This document shows, in pieces, positions 60,576 to 64,000 of a stretch of 64,000 bases of DNA (within the stretch, counting starts at the first letter, position 1; every line of letters starts with the position of its first letter). This DNA comes from Mobula birostris (lineage: Eukaryota): the NCBI RefSeq assembly GCF_030028105.1, contig NC_092376.1, positions 155,216,212-155,280,211 of the forward strand. Reading direction: 5' to 3'. Position numbers and translations under genes: made by a program. A model generated the notes under the pieces. It saw nothing but the letters and a program-made list of their open reading frames with translations, ran no database searches and had not been told where the DNA came from.

Positions 60576-61844
60576 CTGTTAAATAACAGCAGATTAAAAA
60601 TAATTACCATTTAGAAAATAGAGTAATTATTTAGTAAGTTATTGCCAAGGATCATTTATTGTAGTTCAAGTTATTTCAGAGCAGAACAGTCATTTCTCAC
60701 CTTAAACCACACTGAGCGAATTTTAAGAGTGGTAAGAGCTTTGATAATATATCTGTGAAATACATGACTCATAATTGCAATAAAGGTGTAACACTACAGG
60801 TCCTAGACATGTAAAATTGTGAAATCCAAACTCCTATTAGAGATAGAAGGAATGAAAAATTTATGTCCAATAATTCCTCAATATTTGGGCAATGTTCACT
60901 TCCATTGGAATTCTTCTGATTAAAAAACACAATCAGAGCATACATATAGCTAGACCAAGACAACATTTAGACATAGGCCAATAAATGCCAAGTAAAACTT
61001 CACCACATTAACAATGGGCAATAATCAACTCCATCCTGAGGGGAAAAAAAAATCTACCTCTGGCATACTAAGTTGTCCTTTTTAGATCACCCTATCCAGC
61101 CCTTGGCCAACACCCCACTGATCCCATTTTTGGCCTAAAATGTAACTGGACATGTCACAAAAAATTCTGACTGGAAAAACATGAGCATGCCCAGGAGTGG
61201 ATAGCAAGGACAGAGCAATTGACCAATTCTCCAGTGTCTGGAAATAAGATGGAATACTTCTCATTTATCGTGAGCATTCAAGGAGCATGACACCATTCAG
61301 GGAAAAATAGCCCAGATGATCACCACCCAATCCTACACACCAAATATTCACTCCCTCTGCCATCTTTAACCATGGCTGCAGTGCCTACAAAATGCACTGC
61401 TGCAACTTGTCAAGATATCCTCATCATACACCAGCAACCTCTACCAGCTAGAAAGACAGAGACAGCAGGCACATGGTAAAGCTTTTATCTGCAAGTCCTT
61501 TTGAAACTCACATACTACCCCGACTTCAAAATATATTGCAATTCCTGTGTCACTACTGTGTTTAAATATTGAAAGTCAACCAAGCAGCACTGCATTGCAG
61601 TGATTTAAAAAGATGCAACACCACCACCACCCACCAAGAAGCAGTTAAGGGTTGACATCATAGAATCATAGGATAGTCACAGCAAGAATAAAAGCCTTTC
61701 ATCTCATTGTGTCCAGTATTCTACCAAAGTAATTCACTAGTTCCGATCCCAGTCCTTTCTCCTGCAGAAAATTCACAAAACTACTTCTTTTACTATTTCA
61801 AGTATGATTGTATTACTCAGCTGTGTGTAATTGCAAACTGTGAT

Positions 61845-62048
61845 TTGCCAGCTGTTTACTTCATCTCTCCCCCTCCAGGTTTCACCTATCATGGGGTGTT
61901 TATTTCTCCCCTTCCTCCACCTTTTAGATCTCCTCCTCAACTTTTTTTCTCCAGTCCTGCTGCAGGGCTTTGGCCCAAAACATTGACGGTACTTTTTGCC
62001 ATATTGCTGCTTGGCCTGCTGAGTTCCTCCAGCATTGCGTGTGTGTTG
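61845..62048 (+). mobile_element. Penelope-like 3' UTR and terminal repeat with decayed hammerhead
   Basis: CAGTCCTGCTGCAGGGCTTTGGCCCAAAACATTGACGG...CTGCTGAGTTCCTCCAGCA. Confidence 0.75.
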
Positions 62049-62057
62049 TTTCCGATT

Positions 62058-62692
62058 GAGTAATCTGGCATTTTGCTGTCTCTGAGGGAGTTTGGTGAGG
62101 TTCGGAGTGGGGCGGGTGGCCTGGAGGCCTGGAGATGGGGCATAAGTCCATGCTCGGCTTCACTGTGTTCACCCGATCGACTGGCGGGCGTTCGGCTCCA
62201 TCTGCCTGCGTTTGGTTGGTCTTCCCCTCCATCTTGCTAGCTGTTGGCGGAGAAAAGAGCAGGTGCCTTAGAATCCACATTGCAAGGATGGATCAGAGGC
62301 CATGGACTCGTTTTAGGGGACTTTGAGATTCATGTTGCATGTTCTGATTACTCATTTTTTTTGCTGCTTTTGATTGGTTTGATCGAGGTAATTGAAGCGG
62401 ACTGGGGCACTTTGGCGGAGAACAGCCCTGCGGCCTGCAGTGGGCTAGTGGCGCAGTGCTGAACTGAACTAAACTGAATACTACTGGACTCCTGGTTTGT
62501 TGCCTGATATTCTACATCTTGTATGTCTGCTTTCAGCCATTTGTGCAATTTGTTCTTTTTTCCTGTGCTGAGCTTTTTAATGTTTTTTTGAATGGGATCC
62601 ATGGTGTTTCTTTGTTTCATGGCTGCCTGCAGGAGGAAAAATCTCAGAGTTGTATTCTGTATAAATACTTAGATAATAAATGTACTTTGAAA
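62058..62692 (+). mobile_element. GC-rich non-coding element ending in a Rex1/Babar-type tail
   Basis: 3' end GGAAAAATCTCAGAGTTGTATTC...GATAATAAATGTACTTTGAAA; no RT-like ORF upstream. Confidence 0.55.
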
Positions 62693-62699
62693 ATCCTTG

Positions 62700-63200
62700 C
62701 AGAATTTTCCTCATCATGTCCTTATCCAGCTGCGTTCTTGGCCACAATGGGACTGACTCTGACACATCTACAGGCAGTCCATTCCAAATTCCAACAACAC
62801 ACTGTGGTAAAAAGAACCTTCATGCCACCAATAATTCTCCTCCCTGTATTTTGTTGATGTGATCTTCAGTCCTTGGCCCCTCAACCGATGCACAACCTCC
62901 TATCATCCACTCTGTCCAGACCCTTCTTCATTTTATTATCCAATAATATATCCCCCTTAGGCCTCTATTCTCCAAAGAAAACAGTCTAATATTTCCTAAT
63001 AATTGTAATCCTCAAATCAGGAGCCATTCTCATTATCTATTTTCTGAACCATTCCAATGCTTATACCTCCTGCCTAAGGTGACCAGAATTGAACACAATA
63101 TTTAAGCTGAGGCCAGTTCTGTGTTTTATGAAGAAGCAGCACAATTTCACTGCTTTTATACTCTGTCTCTACTGATGAAAGCCCAGAATTGTATACATTT
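62700..63200 (-). mobile_element. Degraded CR1 3' fragment
   Basis: [13 protein letters not shown] in ORF 63074-63316. Confidence 0.65.
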
Positions 63201-63239
63201 ATTAATTCAGCTGTCTCATCTAATGCTATTAATTTAGAG

Positions 63240-64000
63240 TGTGACGAGAATACACATAAATTAAGATGTTTGCTGGCCTGGGCTAGCATCAGTGGCATCA
63301 GCAGTTGGTCTGCCACCTGTCCTCAGGGGGGGGAGGGATAAGGAACAATGAAGCAACATCTGGAGATGTGTAATGAAGGGACGGGAGAGACAGCTGTCTA
63401 GAGCGGCTCCCCCTTTGAACCCTGAACTGTTTGAAGTGATGGACAGGCGATACCCCAGCAGGGGGATAAAAAGGGACAGGTTCGCTAAGGCAGGACACAC
63501 ACGACACCCGAGGTAATGAGACCCTGGAAGCGGTGCGCCTCTCACGAGTCGGTGGGAAGTACCGGACCTTAAATGCACAGGGTGGAAAGGTACGATCAGC
63601 GGGAACCCGGTGTGTGTCCGCCCTTGCTTGGGTGCCGGGTTCACTGCAGAGGATCGACCGCATCTGGAGGAGGGGTCACAGTCCGTGACCTCAAGTGACA
63701 TCACAAAGGACTCGCCCGAAAGCTGCTTGTGAGCAATATCACCAGTCTGTGAGTGGAAGCCGTTTCTGAATGATCAGTCGTTCTCGTTCTCTCTCTCCCT
63801 CCCCCCCCCACGTTGCCCATCGCCATGGCAACGATTACTGCGAACTGAACTAAATCGAACTGGACTTTTGTGTCACTTTGAAATTGGTCATTTACCCCTA
63901 GACAACGATAGAGCTTGATTGATGCTGTTATCTTAATTCTGTGCACATGTGTGTTTATCATTGCTGAACTGTTGCATTTATTATCCTTTCGATTACTGTG
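63240..64000 (+). mobile_element. Young LTR (solo or 5' LTR), runs off the window
   Basis: Starts TGTGACGAG; abrupt rise in GC/CpG; TATA-like GATAAAAA at 63465-63472; no protein similarity. Confidence 0.7.

Noticed and set aside
63261-63961. Several 86-147 aa ORFs
   Set aside because: They lie in a GC-rich LTR with few stop codons and show no gag, pol or env motifs.
60576-64000. Next upstream ATP10B exon (TGDK-containing)
   Set aside because: No matching reading frame found; probably beyond the window.

Overview
Vertebrate, repeat-rich genomic DNA. The repeat repertoire (dense CR1, Penelope-like elements, Rex1/Babar tails, V-SINEs) suggests a cartilaginous fish, probably a ray; this is an inference, not a database result. 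The only host gene I can support is the 3' part of a P4-ATPase lipid flippase, ATP10B. It lies on the minus strand as eight phase-consistent GT-AG coding exons between 60575 and the stop at 47944; upstream exons lie outside the window. The first ~47 kb look intergenic and are dominated by nested transposons. Most entries in the ORF track are TE fragments or chance ORFs. Main observations: (1) about 15 Penelope-like terminal repeats carry a minimal type-I hammerhead ribozyme motif; one is a 207-bp hairpin insertion with an intact core and a 15-bp TSD, whose inverted arm ends at the predicted cleavage site. (2) A Sleeping Beauty-like Tc1 element has two right ends (433-bp inverted arms) and is nested in a deleted hAT element. 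(3) An RTE-derived non-coding element carries a candidate HDV-like ribozyme with an extra helix in L3. (4) A young tRNA-CORE-RTE SINE is present in two copies with TSDs. Family assignments and comparisons with named proteins come from recalled sequences. TE boundaries without a stated TSD are approximate.
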